A DNA stretch of 64,000 bases from Haplodiscus bocki (lineage: Eukaryota), in contig OZ296659.1 in assembly GCA_965655095.1 (NCBI GenBank), forward strand, positions 9,486,001-9,550,000, given 5' to 3'. Positions 12,820 to 25,184 of the stretch are shown piece by piece. Position numbers and translations under genes: made by a program. The notes under the pieces were generated by a model. That model did not search any database. It saw nothing but the letters and a program-made list of their open reading frames with translations, and was not told where the DNA came from. Position 1 is the stretch's first letter; each line of letters opens with the position of its first letter.

Positions 12820-12950
12820 CTTTGATTGGACGAATTCATTGTAACGTCATTGATGTACTTAACTCTGATTGGACGATCCTTTGTGACATCATCACTTGCG
12901 TACTTGACTCTGATTGGACTAAAGCTTTGACATCACTTCTGTACTTCATT
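12820..12950. repeat. Three ~44-bp imperfect repeats (TGATTGGAC...TGACATCA/ACGTCA...GTACTT) downstream of the eIF4E stop
   Basis: TGATTGGAC occurs at 12823, 12866 and 12911. Confidence 0.75.
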
Positions 12951-13449
12951 TCTACTTCTCGTACTTCATACAAATGAAAAAAAAATGTCTCTGAAAGTAC
13001 CTCCATCTGATTGTGAAATAATACGACACCGGTTTATAAACACTCGGCCCACTGATGCATATAAATAATTTTATTTCAGTCAAAAGTATATTTATTTGTT
13101 AATTAATTCCTAAATTTGTTGATGTTTGTAATGTTTTAGCCGAATTTTTGAATCGATCAAATTAATTTCACCGCTTGCATGCATCAGTTGGCCAGTGAAA
13201 TACTGAACAGTAGCACCCTACCAGACATTTTGAAGTTGCTATTGAATATGAAGCTTATCTTTGCAAAATTTTGAGACCGCAAATGTCATGAATTTAAATG
13301 CCATAGTGATGTTATGACTTCTCTGTAAATAACGTGCGGACGATTTTCACTTTTTTCGTCTAAGTTTATGACGACAGTTTCTCTTTACATCTGACAAATC
13401 AAATAAGATGTAGAAAATGTCCCAAAATTGAGATTTACATTTGAGGTGA

Positions 13450-13520
13450 TTACCTAAAAATTGCTCATTACCTAAAAAATGCCTTTACCTAATTTTGGCT
13501 CATTACCTAAAAAATGCCTA
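13450..13520. repeat. Short tandem repeat of TTACCTAA(AAA)
   Basis: Four TTACCTAA cores spaced ~17-18 bp apart. Confidence 0.7.
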
Positions 13521-14796
13521 TAGTTGCGTGATTGCCTTATGGCATTGTCGGATGTTGGGAAAATTTGGTGAGGGTAAATTTAATGAGCTGGCAATCCAAA
13601 ATTTTGTCTAGTGTTGAGTAATTTTGAGTGGCCCAGCGAAATAAGCTGGTAGTTGACCAATTTTGTCGTCCAATCACCGATTACCAAATTGAGAATTATT
13701 TATTTATTACGTAATTGTGATGTAATCTAACATGATATTCATTCTCTTTAGAAGTGTTAATCAGCTACCAAAACCTGAAACTTCGGCCCTCGTTCTTCTT
13801 CAACGATGCAAGTGATAAATTTCAAGCTGGGTGTGCAAGTTTCTGGAAGTTTTCCTTAATCATTCATTAGATCGCTCCTAGCAATTTCAGGTAAAAAGTT
13901 TTTCATGACAAGCACGGGCATCAGAAAAAGCTCCACGATGCCTTACTGAAAGAATTTTTCACGCCGAGTTAGAAATTTGGTTATTATTTAAGTTGGATGC
14001 TGTAATTGAGTAATTTTTTTCTGGAAGTGTAGGTGCTTATTTTGTAACATAGTCCCAATTAAGTTTCTGAACTAGTGAACTACACTTTTTTTGCCAAATT
14101 TGACCAACTATTTCCTCAGAAGAATATTGAAAGTACGTATTTTGATGGAATATTTTTGGAAAAACAACTCCATTTGAACTTATGTATGTTTTAATTTAAA
14201 ATCATGTAAATAAAGCCCTTGTTTGTGGTACATGTACTCAGTGCAGCGATCTGAATTTGCTTTCGATTTCCCTTTAAAAAACTCTGAAATTATCGAAAAA
14301 CTACCTTTTCTGGGAATTGAAGTTCACTGAAGACTGTGCGCTGGTGCTAGTTTATTATCTCTTCTTCTGTTCGAGATCATCTGCATGTATAACTGCCGAA
14401 TTGTTATAATTGTAATTACGCGACCAAGAACACCAAATACTCAAGTATTACAACTAAACTATTGTTAAGTGCTCTTTAAGTTAACTTTTTGAAGTAACGC
14501 ACGCACTGTCAACATTTTCCTTCTCCCACTGAAAAAAGTGATAAAAGTTCTCAAAATTGATGTTCTTTGTGAAAAATGAGCAAACTCGACCGTGAAATTT
14601 GAAATATTTTGCCCAAAATATAAAAACGTGATCGAAAAGATTGAGAACGTGGAAATTTGACAACGCCAGATGTTTGATTTAGTGATTCTTCTTCCTGTCC
14701 CATAAATCGAACTTCGAAACTTCACTTTGATTCCATTTTTTTCGGTAACTTTGGTAATTTTTTTAGATGTTTTCAACTATGGAAGAGGAAAAGGAT

Positions 14797-14994
14797 GAAT
14801 TTAGCTTTCAGATAGAAGCCTGTTCAATCTTTTTGCGTGAGCAGTTTGCCTAGTCGAAATATTCATTTCAGAGTGAAATGAAAATAGTCTCCCAAAACAT
14901 TTTGGGAGCCTAAAAAATATTTCGAATTTTTTATCACTTGAAATTTAAAAGTTGTATTTTCAAGTTTGACTGAACAGGCTTTGCATCTAAATTC
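14797..14994. mobile_element. Possible ~200-bp MITE with imperfect terminal inverted repeats
   Basis: GAATTTAG...AAGCCTGTTCA (14797-14826) pairs with TGAACAGGCTT...CTAAATTC (14971-14994). Confidence 0.4.
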
Positions 14995-15989
14995 GCTTTC
15001 AGTGGCCCCCTATCGGAAGGAAAAGAATGTCAAATAAGCAAGGGAATGCCTCCATTTTTTAATAAAAATTTGTGTGTATTTGAGGTATTTTGACTTTGCG
15101 GGGCTGCGAATTATTGTGAATTAGTCATTGATTAGGTATTACGATTAATGAATAATTATAAATTTAACGTCATTTACCTAGTTATGAGAACAAGAATAAA
15201 GTCTTGACCTTTCTTCTGCTGTCTGTTTGTACATGTATACTTTCAGCTGCGAGAAGCAAGTCTTACGTAATGTTGTTGCTACGTAATGTTATGTAAAGTG
15301 AGTGAAATGAAGTGAGTATTGCAATTTTGTGATGCCCACCCAAGGTAAAACCACTTTCTTACCAAATTATATTTTTGATGGACTCATTCTTTTTACCATG
15401 TGATGATTTTGTGAGCTAGTTACAAAAAGTCAGATTTTGGTGCTTTTACTTGTAGTTGCAAAGGTGGTAGGATCCTATTTCGCTTTTCCATTTTTGAGAC
15501 CACGTGGCAGTATTCCGAAACATTGGTCAACAAATTGCACCAAAGCAGTGTAGGAACAACGGGAGACCCTGGGTAGCAGCTGGAAAGTCTTTAAACAATT
15601 CCCGGGTCGTTTCAGCAAAAGACAGCCACATTTTTACTTGTTCAGCTTCCCTGCTAGAAAATACAAATCGGTCCTCTTGTTTTTGGTTGGAAAAATCATG
15701 AAAAAACCGCATGTCCTCGTGGCCTGGTGTTGACATAGAACGGTTGTAAGGCCATAGACACGTGTTCGTGACAATGAAACCCCAAATTTTTTGTACTCGA
15801 TTTTTTTGGAAAGCTAGATAAACCTTCATCGTATACCGACCGCCCTTTGCTTTATATAAAATATTGTCGGATTGCCGAGTTGAGGGTTCGATGCTCTTTC
15901 GGTATGTGCACGACATTCTCAAACATCAGAATATTGATTTTTTTCTATTTCGACAAACCTGGTATATGGACGATGAAAGAGTACAAGGG

Positions 15990-17250
15990 TATCTCGGAGA
16001 TACTTCTTTCGAGCTAAATTCAAATTTTGAATTTTTATGAAAATGTCTGGTCGAATTTTTATGGAAATGTCTCAGTCGAAAATTGTCAAAGGAAAGAAAT
16101 CCCATTCATAAAAGATAAAAGTGGATCGGAACATCAGTTGCTAACTATAGAGACAAATAGCTCTAACTGTTATCATACGGAAGTTTTAGAGAAATTACTA
16201 TTCAAAATGAGAATGAACTTCCTCGAAAAGTTCAAAAAACTACCAAGTACACATTTCGATTTTTTTTGAAAAGAGGAACTGTCGAAACAATTACAAGTAT
16301 GTTTGAAAAATTGAAAGAACAAACTGGTAACGAAAAAACTTATCATGCTACTTTTCTGGATTTAGCTAAAGCCTTCGATACCGTCGACCATTCTTTGTTG
16401 ACAAACAAGCTAACTTAGACATACGATGACAAATCAACGGATCTGCAATCTGCTAATCTTCAGAATTTTCGACAATATATGACCTATAGTAGTTGAATCA
16501 GGAAGCTTGGAACAGTTCTTTGCAGAGTTCCTCAAAGACCTGTTGTAGGGGTTCTTATGTTTCTAGCATTCTTGAAAGGTTTTCCCAACCTTCAATTGAA
16601 CTGTATCATGACTTTTTGTGCACGAAACTTATCTTTATATGGTGATATGAACTATTCATTGGAGAGAGTTTTTGACCGTGTTTCCAAAAGGAAGAACCAA
16701 AATGATTTTAGATTCAATGAAAAAAAGTATTGTTCGGAGAAAACCATTTCGAAATTGGAAACAACTTTCGTTGAAAAATGTAGAAAGTCGCTAGTGCGAA
16801 GTATTTGAGACTTCAAATCCATAAAAATGTCAATTTCAAAAAACATATAGAATTTGGCAGAAGGAAGTGCTTCCATAATGTTCAGTTACTATGAAATTAG
16901 AAAACTTTAAGAAGAACCAAAAGTGTAATCGGAAAGCTAGAAAAATAGCAAAAGCAGTTGTTTCGAATAATTTTTGGACTCAGAATTGTTGAAAGCACAA
17001 GAGCTATAAGGTTCTCTCACAAATTATTATCACTAGGTGAACTTCATTTATTTGTATGAACTGTTCAAAGTTGTAAATACTGAGACGCCAGCATCCTGTA
17101 AATTAAAATAATTAGTATGTTCAGACGAGGAAAGAACACTTTTTTCAGCGAAATGAAAGAATAAGACTAAAAATGAGCCACACTAATGAAAAGAAAATTT
17201 GAGTTGAAAACTAGAATGAGGGAACTGTTCAATATTTATCTTGAATTCAA
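15990..17250 (+). mobile_element. Degraded LINE RT fragment
   Basis: FLDLAKAFDTVDHSLLTNKL (~16353-16412), RVPQRPVVG (from GVPQGSVLG, ~16525) and LYGD (from LYADD, ~16635). Confidence 0.8.
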
Positions 17251-17369
17251 TAGCGGATTTTGTTTTCAAGTTCAATCAATAATAATGGATTAAGTTCATT
17301 AGCATACATCGTGAGAAGAGATACTATAATTTGTGATAACGCCGGACTGACATCTGTTTTGGTGAAAGG

Positions 17370-17392
17370 ATGCCAGGAACGTCTCAGGTGAG
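17370..17392 (+). CDS. NOC4L: Probable short first coding exon of the NOC4-like gene
   Basis: ATG CCA GGA ACG TCT CAG GTG AG|gtgagc. Splicing to the tttcag acceptor ending at 17540 restores frame (MPGTSQVR-AMSGNQ). Confidence 0.55.
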
Positions 17393-17540
17393 GTGAGCGG
17401 ACATATTTGCACTTGGAAAAAGAGAATCTTAAAAACCAGCTCCTTTGAGACACCTCGAACAGGGTATTTGCCTGATCTTGCAATTTGAAAAAAAAATCGT
17501 TGAAATTGCATGTATTCACCTTTTTCATTGTTAATTTCAG

Positions 17541-18966
17541 AGCAATGTCTGGGAATCAATTGTTACAGAATTTGTGCAGAAGATTAGATGCAGCTTTGAG
17601 TGACGATGAAATCTCCAATGTTATCGAAGACATACTTGGCTTCACCAAAATTTTATGTAGAAAGAGGAAATTCCACAATTCTATCCTTGAATCAATGAAA
17701 AACCCGAACTCCTCACAGTCATTGGCAGAAAATGAATACGAATGTTTCAACAAATTGCGGGCAAAAGTCTGTCAGAAGATCTTACAGAACGCTTCCAAGC
17801 CAATTTCTCTGAAATGTTTGCAAATATTTTTCAACATTCTTTGGTGCCATTCGAAATTTTGCCAAGTTCCATTGATTTATGACAAACTGTTTATGAAAAG
17901 TTATGAAATGCTCATCGAGTCAGTTTTGTTACATGGCCCAAAAATTGTGACCAATGTTTTCGTCAGAAACGTGAACCAAAGGTTGGACTATTTGGTTTCG
18001 TTTTATCATTTAGCTACAAGCTCAAACTTTGTGGGACTTATTGCGGAAACTTCTGCGGACGAATTCTCTCATTACGTGAAAACTTTGCTGAAATTGGCAC
18101 CTCCCAAAACCCAGGAAGGTTATGACACACTTTTCGAGAAACAAGAATGCAATTCTAAAGCTTGTTTGAAGTTTCTAAGTTTTGATAATCTTAAAACGAA
18201 GTTCTCAAAAACGTGGCTCTCAGTTTTGGCAATTCCTATGGAAATATCAGTTGAAACTTCGCTTCTTTTTCATTTGTCGAACGATCTGATGCCATTGTTT
18301 TCGGACCCTCGAGATTTGACCGACTTTCTGTTCATAAAACTCGAATCAACGTTTCTCAAATCGAGATACCTGTCGCTTGATTGCTTGCAAACATTGGTTG
18401 GTAAATACAATTTAGAGTACCCCGACCTTTATGAAAAGGTTTACGAAATGTGTTCTGAAGAAGCATTCATGTTGAATACATGTTCGGACAAATTTCTTCA
18501 AGTTCTTCGAAGATTTTTGCTTTCAACCAAACTTTCATACGAGCTCTTGGTCAAGTTTTGCCTACGACTGTCGGAACGAGTTTTGAAGAGTGAAGCTGTG
18601 ACTGCTTTGAAGCTTATGGCGATGATTGACGAGATTTTAACAACGCATAAATTGTTACCGACCAAAGAACCGAATTTGCGAAGGAAAAAACCCAAAAATT
18701 CCGAAGTGGAAGAAATTTGCCAGTCTAATTATGTGAGCGAAGATTTAATAGACACTATTTTGCGAATCAAGGAAACGATGAAAACCCATTATCACGCTGG
18801 AGTAAGACACGAAGCTTCAAAGTTGGGTGAAATTTCGACAAAAGTTAGGCTGACCGATGTTTTAGAAGTTGAAGATTTGTCAGCTACGATGTTCAAACTC
18901 GCTGAGCAGAAAGTTTTGAAAGATGAAATCGTTTTTGTTGCTAAAACTGAGTTTCCGCTCTCATGA
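17541..18966 (+). CDS. NOC4L: Nucleolar complex protein 4 homolog (NOC4/NOC4L, CBF/Mak21 domain; 40S biogenesis), main exon
   Basis: Intact ~475-codon frame with FSKTWLSVL, MPLFSDPRDLTDFL, LSLDCL, YNLEYPDLYEKVY, FLLSTKL, KFCLRL and ILTTH. AATAAA at 19008-19013. The track start (TTG at 17485) lies in the polypyrimidine tract. Confidence 0.88.
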
Positions 18967-19299
18967 GTTGATAATATTTTGAGTTCGTATGTTTTTTTTT
19001 CTGAACAAATAAAGGTATTATCGGTGTTCCAAAATGATTCTCCATTCAAATAACTGAATTTGAGTTATGTGAATCAGAGCTATCAGTATGAAAAACACAA
19101 AGGTTGGCCAACAAAGAATAGTTTCTCCAACGCCGGTATGTTGTCCAATCTACATTGACGAATTTCCGTAACTTGAAATATGTATAACGTTCAATATTGA
19201 CATTATCTTGCAAGAAAGTATTAGCATAGGTCCTCTAAACTAACTTTGCAGAAGCGAAATTGAGAGGGTTAAAAGAAGGATAAAGTTGAATAAATTCAG

Positions 19300-19964
19300 A
19301 AAATTAGAAATCCGGATGAGCAGAGATGTTCAAATTAAAAATGCGTTTGTGTCGAAAGACCTTGTCGCTAAGTATTCGAGTTGTCCCCCCTGGAGAAAAC
19401 TTACTGCATACATTCCAGCCCTGTCAGAAGAAGTGCACTGCAAGATCTTTGGAATAATTGTATGGTCCGGAGATGGAACTTAGTAAGTTATCTGTGGACC
19501 GTAATAAAATCTTAGTAACTTATCTCTGGTCTAAGAAGTACGAGGTTCATTTTTGGGTAATCGTCCTCTAAGGTCTCGGATAAAATTTCTTGACCTTGTG
19601 GACACTTCACACGCCTTGAAGAAGTCAATGCTTTCTTGGTGATGATACAAAAGCACGGAAGACAGATTCCAAAAACCATGAATTAATTAAAAACTTAAAA
19701 ACACTGAAAATCTTTCAGAATGCGCAAAGTAATGGCCCATTTGATTAAAACTCACAGGTGAATTCTCCAGTTTTGCAAGATTATTCCTTCCCATTGAAAA
19801 AAAAGTCATCGCTCAATATCGAATACCCAATGCTCAAGTCAGTGTCTGAAGAGGCATATTGTCTCAGCCAGTGGAGAGTTGCTGTTTCCATTCAAGAGAA
19901 CACCCATTCAAGAGTTACGTGGACAAAAAAGATAAGCGAAACAATGTATTGAAAAATCAGTTAT
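19300..19964 (-). mobile_element. Ty3/Gypsy integrase C-terminal relic (left flank of the Polinton)
   Basis: Weak minus-strand STG-x-TP-like (~19870) and GPY-x-I-like (~19465) integrase tail motifs. Very decayed. Confidence 0.35.
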
Positions 19965-20135
19965 AGTGGTGGTAGTAATAGAAGGGGGGTTTAGAGGCAC
20001 TTATGACTCTCCATTCAAGGTAGTCGAGTAAGAGCCATTTATTGCTCCGGAATCTTAATACGTAACCAACTCTTAGTTTAACTTAATGACAAATTTGACA
20101 GCTTATCTAGTTTAGTTTTCTGACAGATTTCAAAC
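19965..20135 (+). repeat. Polinton left terminal inverted repeat
   Basis: AGTGGTGGTAGTAATAGAAGGGGGGTTTAGAGGCACTTATGACTCT...GGTAGTCGAGTAAGAGCCATTTATTGCTCC...AATCTTAATACGTAACCAAC... is the reverse complement of ~33705-33875 (about 85% identity by eye). Confidence 0.95.
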
Positions 20136-20800
20136 ATTGAAGTCAAGATTTCGCTGTGGTTCAAATATCGGATAATATACCAAAACTGATGAAAATGTTC
20201 CAGCCTCGTCGTTTTCTGAATTAATTCCTTATTGGAATCCAAAATTTACCAGAACGAATTTAAAGATTTTGACCAATTTGAAAAAATCAGCGCATATTGT
20301 CTCAAAATTTCGAAAAGTGAACTCAGATAGAAGAACATTGAAAAAAAGATTCAACGATTGAAATAGATTATACTAGCAAACGGTTCTGCCGGATCAGCAG
20401 ATCGAATTTTCAATCGTTTCAAGTTTTCTTAAAATTACGTTTTTCAGTCACTCTTCACGCGCAGTGAATGAAGCAAGCGAGTGAATATGGCGGAAGACTT
20501 GACAATCCCAGACACCTCAATCAGCAGGATCATCGTGACGCCAAAACACAATCACTGAGCTTCATTTATTTGCTTTTTGTTCGCTCGCTGTGTTCACTTG
20601 CTGATTTCATTCTTTCGGTAACGACGTGAAAAAATTTTGATAGTTTTGAAAGCTGAGACACGGTTCACTATCTCCATTTTGAAGAGGTTTGTTTGAAAAA
20701 TCTACGAAATCACTATATACTGCAATTTCGAACTATATTTCGATGAGGATTTTGTATGAGCTGACAGTACAGATACGTTGTAAGAATCCACTGTTCTTCA

Positions 20801-23800
20801 ATGTTCCTCATTAAAACGATTCGATGTGACGAATGCCAAAAAGTTTTCACATCGAAACGCATTTTGTATCAGCATATTCGCCAGAAACACAATGAAGAAC
20901 CAACATTGCATCTACGGACTTTCATTTGTGGCCACTGTGATCAAAGTCTGCCGTCTTCCTTCAACCTTCTTCGCCACATTCGAAATATTCATAATTTAAC
21001 TAGTAATTTCAAATGTCTATCATCTTCACTTGTATTCGGATGCGCAGATTTGCTTGAGAACTTGAAAGACAGATCCATCTCAAAACTTCGAGCTCTGCTT
21101 TGTCTCAACGCCCCGTCTCTGACCATAATTTAGAAACTTCTTGTGTTCAAACTTCAAAAAACGATAACTTCGAAGTTTTTCATGTGAACATCGAACCCAA
21201 AAATGTGGAACATTTCCAGTTTTAACTTCCGATGAACAGAGCATCATATCTTTTGTTAACGAGAAACTGCCCGTGTGCGGGTCAGAGACAGTGGGGATAA
21301 GCATTCATATAAAACTTTGAAAAGCATTGGCAGACCACTTTGTAACAGTGTATTTCATTTCATCAATGGTGCGTGTAGCCCATCAGTGGCACACAGACGA
21401 TTATACCAACATGATTCATAGCTTGCTTTCTCAATGGAATGATTGTTATTCTGTGGGATCTGAATAGGTTATCGAAACTCTGAAACCTCTGGAGATCAGG
21501 ATGGTCGGTCCCTTCAAAGGAACTGCATCATCTTTTATTGAGACCCCAACTGAACTCTAAAAAGTCTACGGAAGTTTGCTTAACATCAAGAATGAGAATG
21601 AAATTTGCTTTCTGTACAGTGTACTTCCTGGTTCATTTTCGCAACAAAATCATGCTGAGCAACCGTCTTCGCACTCGCCTTTCATGGATGAGCTTGCATT
21701 TGAGGTACCTAATTTTCCAATGAGTTAGAGCAAAAGACTGACATTTGAGAAACGAAACAATGTTTCAATATCTGTTTATCCTTACAATGAAGGCAGGCCT
21801 TTTAACGTTTTTTGTACAAAAAATCGAAAGTCTCGACAAAAATTCAAACTTCTGCTGCTGGTCGACAAGCAGAAAAGTCACCAACGCCTAATCAATAACT
21901 TCTCAAGTTTTGCGCATCATTTGATCGGTCGTCGCGAAAAAGGTTGAATGGTCCAAAAACAACAATGCGGCAACTGTATGCAGCCAATTGTGAAATACAA
22001 CTTCCACCAGCACGTCCAATTTTGTGAACACCAAAAACCTCTTGGAAAAAATGCCGGAAAACAAGAAGAAACTGGCACACGAAAATTGGCAAGAACGCAA
22101 CTTAATCCGTTTGTTGTATATGCCTACTTGGAAGCCATCATTGTGGCGTCCAATGAAGAAGGTGGAAACAACAGTTCAAACACAATTGAAACTGAACGCC
22201 AATACCATGCCAGCAACGACGTCGGTTTTTATTTCGTGTTGAACTGTTTCTGTTTACAATTTGCATGTCATGTATCATATCTCAAGAAGAATCTAAATTT
22301 GTTTTTGTTTCAGCAAAGTTGACTGAGAAGTCGGAGTTCTATCGAGGAATCGAGTGCACTCCGAGACTTATGAAAACTCTTCGCTCATGGTTCAACTGGA
22401 CTTGTGGACGGCAACAGACTTTTCGATGGCTTCAACTGTCTCAGGCAGAGCATCAAAAGTATTTATCCCCGCTTACAGTTATCTGTTGTATTTGTGGAAT
22501 GACAGTATCTCTCTTGGAGCGTGTTGTCCATCACTGTCATATAACTGGTAAAATTTTTGGTGGGGCCCACTCTTCCTGCAACTTGAAGGCGCGATCCACG
22601 AACTTTCTTCCTTTTGTCCATAACCTATGACGGTACGATGCACATCACGTTATCAAAAACATGAAACTTCTCCCTGAAGAAAAATTGGCTGCAACATCGC
22701 AAGCAGATGAGGTCTAAAAATCTTTCAGCATATCTGTTCCTGTTGGGTCCCATATCACGAAAAAAGGTAAAAACGTACGCGTTACAAACAACCGTAGATT
22801 CTTTGATAGCTTCCAGTTCATGTCGCAAAGTTCCGAATCTCTGTAAAAACTCTAGAAGCGGACGATTTCATCCTTTAGAATATATTTTTTTCTACAACAC
22901 TTCTGAATGAGGACTGAAACCTGCTTACTCACAAAGGTTTCTACCCATATTGAGTCCTGGACTCTTTCCAAAAGTTCACTGAATCCCTCCCAAGATATGG
23001 CAATGACTGCAAAAATACCTTAACAGGCAAAAATGATATTTCTCAGAACAAATTCTTTCAAGCCTTAGACATCTACAATATGTTTGGCTGTGGCACTCTG
23101 AGAGACTATCATGATGTGTAATTACGCACAGATGATGTTTTGATTCTAGCGGATGTTTTTGAAAAATTTCGGCAATTATGCAAGAAAGTGTATAAACTGG
23201 ATCCAGCTCAGTTCTTTTCTGCCCCTAATTTGAGCTGGGAAGGAGTGCTGATTACAAATCGCGTTGATTTGGGTCTATTGACCGACATCAAGGTGTTGCT
23301 GTTTTTCGAGAGGGGATTTCGGGGAGGTATTAACGGAATTGGTGAGCTGCGCCAATTTCATGCGAACAAAAAGGACGTGGACAATTTTGATGAATGAAGA
23401 ACAAGTGTTTATTGTGCTGCATTCTTTGATGTAATTTCTTTGTATGCCGATACTATGCAGCAAACTCTACCCTTGGACAACTATTATTGGAATGAGACAA
23501 TTACTTTGGTTGATATCCTTTCTACTGGCCATGATGCAGTGATTCGATACATTGTCGAAGTTGATATCGTACATCTTTCTTCTTGACATGACTCTCGCAA
23601 AGATTTACCTTTTGCGCCCGAAAAGCTAGTGACTCAGGAATCATGGTTATCTCCCTACGTCGAATCTGTCAATGTTAAGTTACCAAATGATGCTAGAAAG
23701 AAATTAGTTGAAACGTTAGATGAGAGTCGCTACGTCTGTCACTACCGTAGCCATAAAATTTTTGTGCGTCAGGGTCTGAAGGTCAAAACTTTTCATCGCA

Positions 23801-24855
23801 TTTTACAGTTTAAAGCAAATGGTTGAGAGATTGCGTTTTGGAAAACTTAAGATGAGAAAGCAAGCAACAGATGGTTTCAGAAAACCTTTTGCAAATTGAT
23901 GAGCAACGCTTGTTCTGGAAAAACAATGGAGAATTTGCGCAATCAACGAAAGATCTTTTCTGCTAATAACGAGAAGCGCGCCCACCAGTGTTTGATGAAA
24001 CCCACATTGAAATTCTATCAAACTATTCATGGTGGCTTCACCTCTGTTTCCTTTACTCCAAGTAGGAATGTTTGGTCAAAACCCACTCCCGCAGGAGCTT
24101 CGATACTTGATTTGTCCAAACTGTGTCAAAAAAACCACTACGACGAAATAAAACCGCGCTTCGGCGACACATAAAATGTTTATTACAAAAAAACTGACTC
24201 ATTGTTGTATAGAATCGAAACAGAAAACCTTCATTCGACACTGGCAACCTTCAAACATCTGGTGGACTTGTCGAATTACCAAGGAGAGCCTTTCTAAGAT
24301 GACAAAACCAACAAGAAAAACAACTTGCCATGACGGATGAATTACAGGGAAAAGTTTTGAAAGAAACTATTTGCCTGAAGTCATAAATCTGTAGTATTCA
24401 ATTCGAAGAGGGCGTCAAACTGAGTGCAACAGAAGTGCAAAAAAGTGTCAAGAAAACGCTAGTTCATGATTTGTGCAAAGAGTGTTTGCTGAAGAAAGGA
24501 AGAGTTGAACGGTCCATGACCCAATTGAGATCCAAAAATTATCAAATTGTTGTCAATCGTGTGCACAAAGTTGCAATGAGCAGTTATGATGACATACAAA
24601 ATTTACTCGATGATAGTTTCAAATCGCTTGCATATGAACACTGCGAAGTTGGCAAAAATCAGAAAAACGAGGGTATTGTTAGTTGTTCCACTAGATATTG
24701 CTTTTTTCCAAAAGCATAATCACTTTTTTCGAATCATAGGTTGTTGCGCTTCCTCAATAATCAGTCACATTGATGATGAAAGTGACAACGCCAGGTCGTG
24801 TTACTCAACGATTGGTTCCACTGACACAATAGAAGACAAAACTGATCATCTCTAG
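20801..24855 (+). pseudogene. Protein-primed family B DNA polymerase (pPolB) with N-terminal C2H2 fingers and an inserted endonuclease VII/HNH-type domain, disrupted
   Basis: C2H2 fingers CDEC..HIRQKH and CGHC..HIRNIH; CCICG..VVHHCHITGKIFGGAHSSCNL; HNL*RYDAH; DSFQFM; KGFYPY; LADVFEKFR..DPAQFFSAPNLSW; ERGFRGG; FDVISLY; KLMSNACSGKT; KTDS; VHKVAMSSYDD. Confidence 0.95.
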
Positions 24856-25019
24856 GTGGCTTTTCAACGTACAACTCCGCCAACAACTTCATAATCTCTA
24901 CTTCAGCAGCCAATTTTCAGTTAGATTGCCATTAGCTATATTGTTATACAAAAACAAATTTTCAAGTTTCGAAAATCGGCAATAGATAAACTTTAGGTCC
25001 TCCGAATCTTGGGTTTTAT

Positions 25020-25184
25020 NNNNNNNNNNNNNNNNNNNNNNNNNNNNNNNNNNNNNNNNNNNNNNNNNNNNNNNNNNNNNNNNNNNNNNNNNNNNNNNNN
25101 NNNNNNNNNNNNNNNNNNNNNNNNNNNNNNNNNNNNNNNNNNNNNNNNNNNNNNNNNNNNNNNNNNNNNNNNNNNNNNNNNNNN
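25020..25184. other. Assembly gap (165 N)
   Basis: Run of N. The true length is unknown. Confidence 1.

Noticed and set aside
17485-17544. Track start of the 493-aa ORF
   Set aside because: It is a TTG start inside an intron polypyrimidine tract, not a eukaryotic initiation site.
17521-17547. Acceptor 4 nt before the NOC4L ATG as a spliced-leader trans-splice site (eIF4E-NOC4L operon), or NOC4L as a retrogene
   Set aside because: A good cis donor (AG|GTGAGC at 17393) with an in-frame upstream ATG explains the acceptor. The genes are ~4.7 kb apart with TE relics between them.
20801-21133. C2H2 zinc-finger ORF as a host transcription factor
   Set aside because: It lies inside the TIRs and is collinear with downstream pPolB motifs, so it is the polymerase N-terminus.
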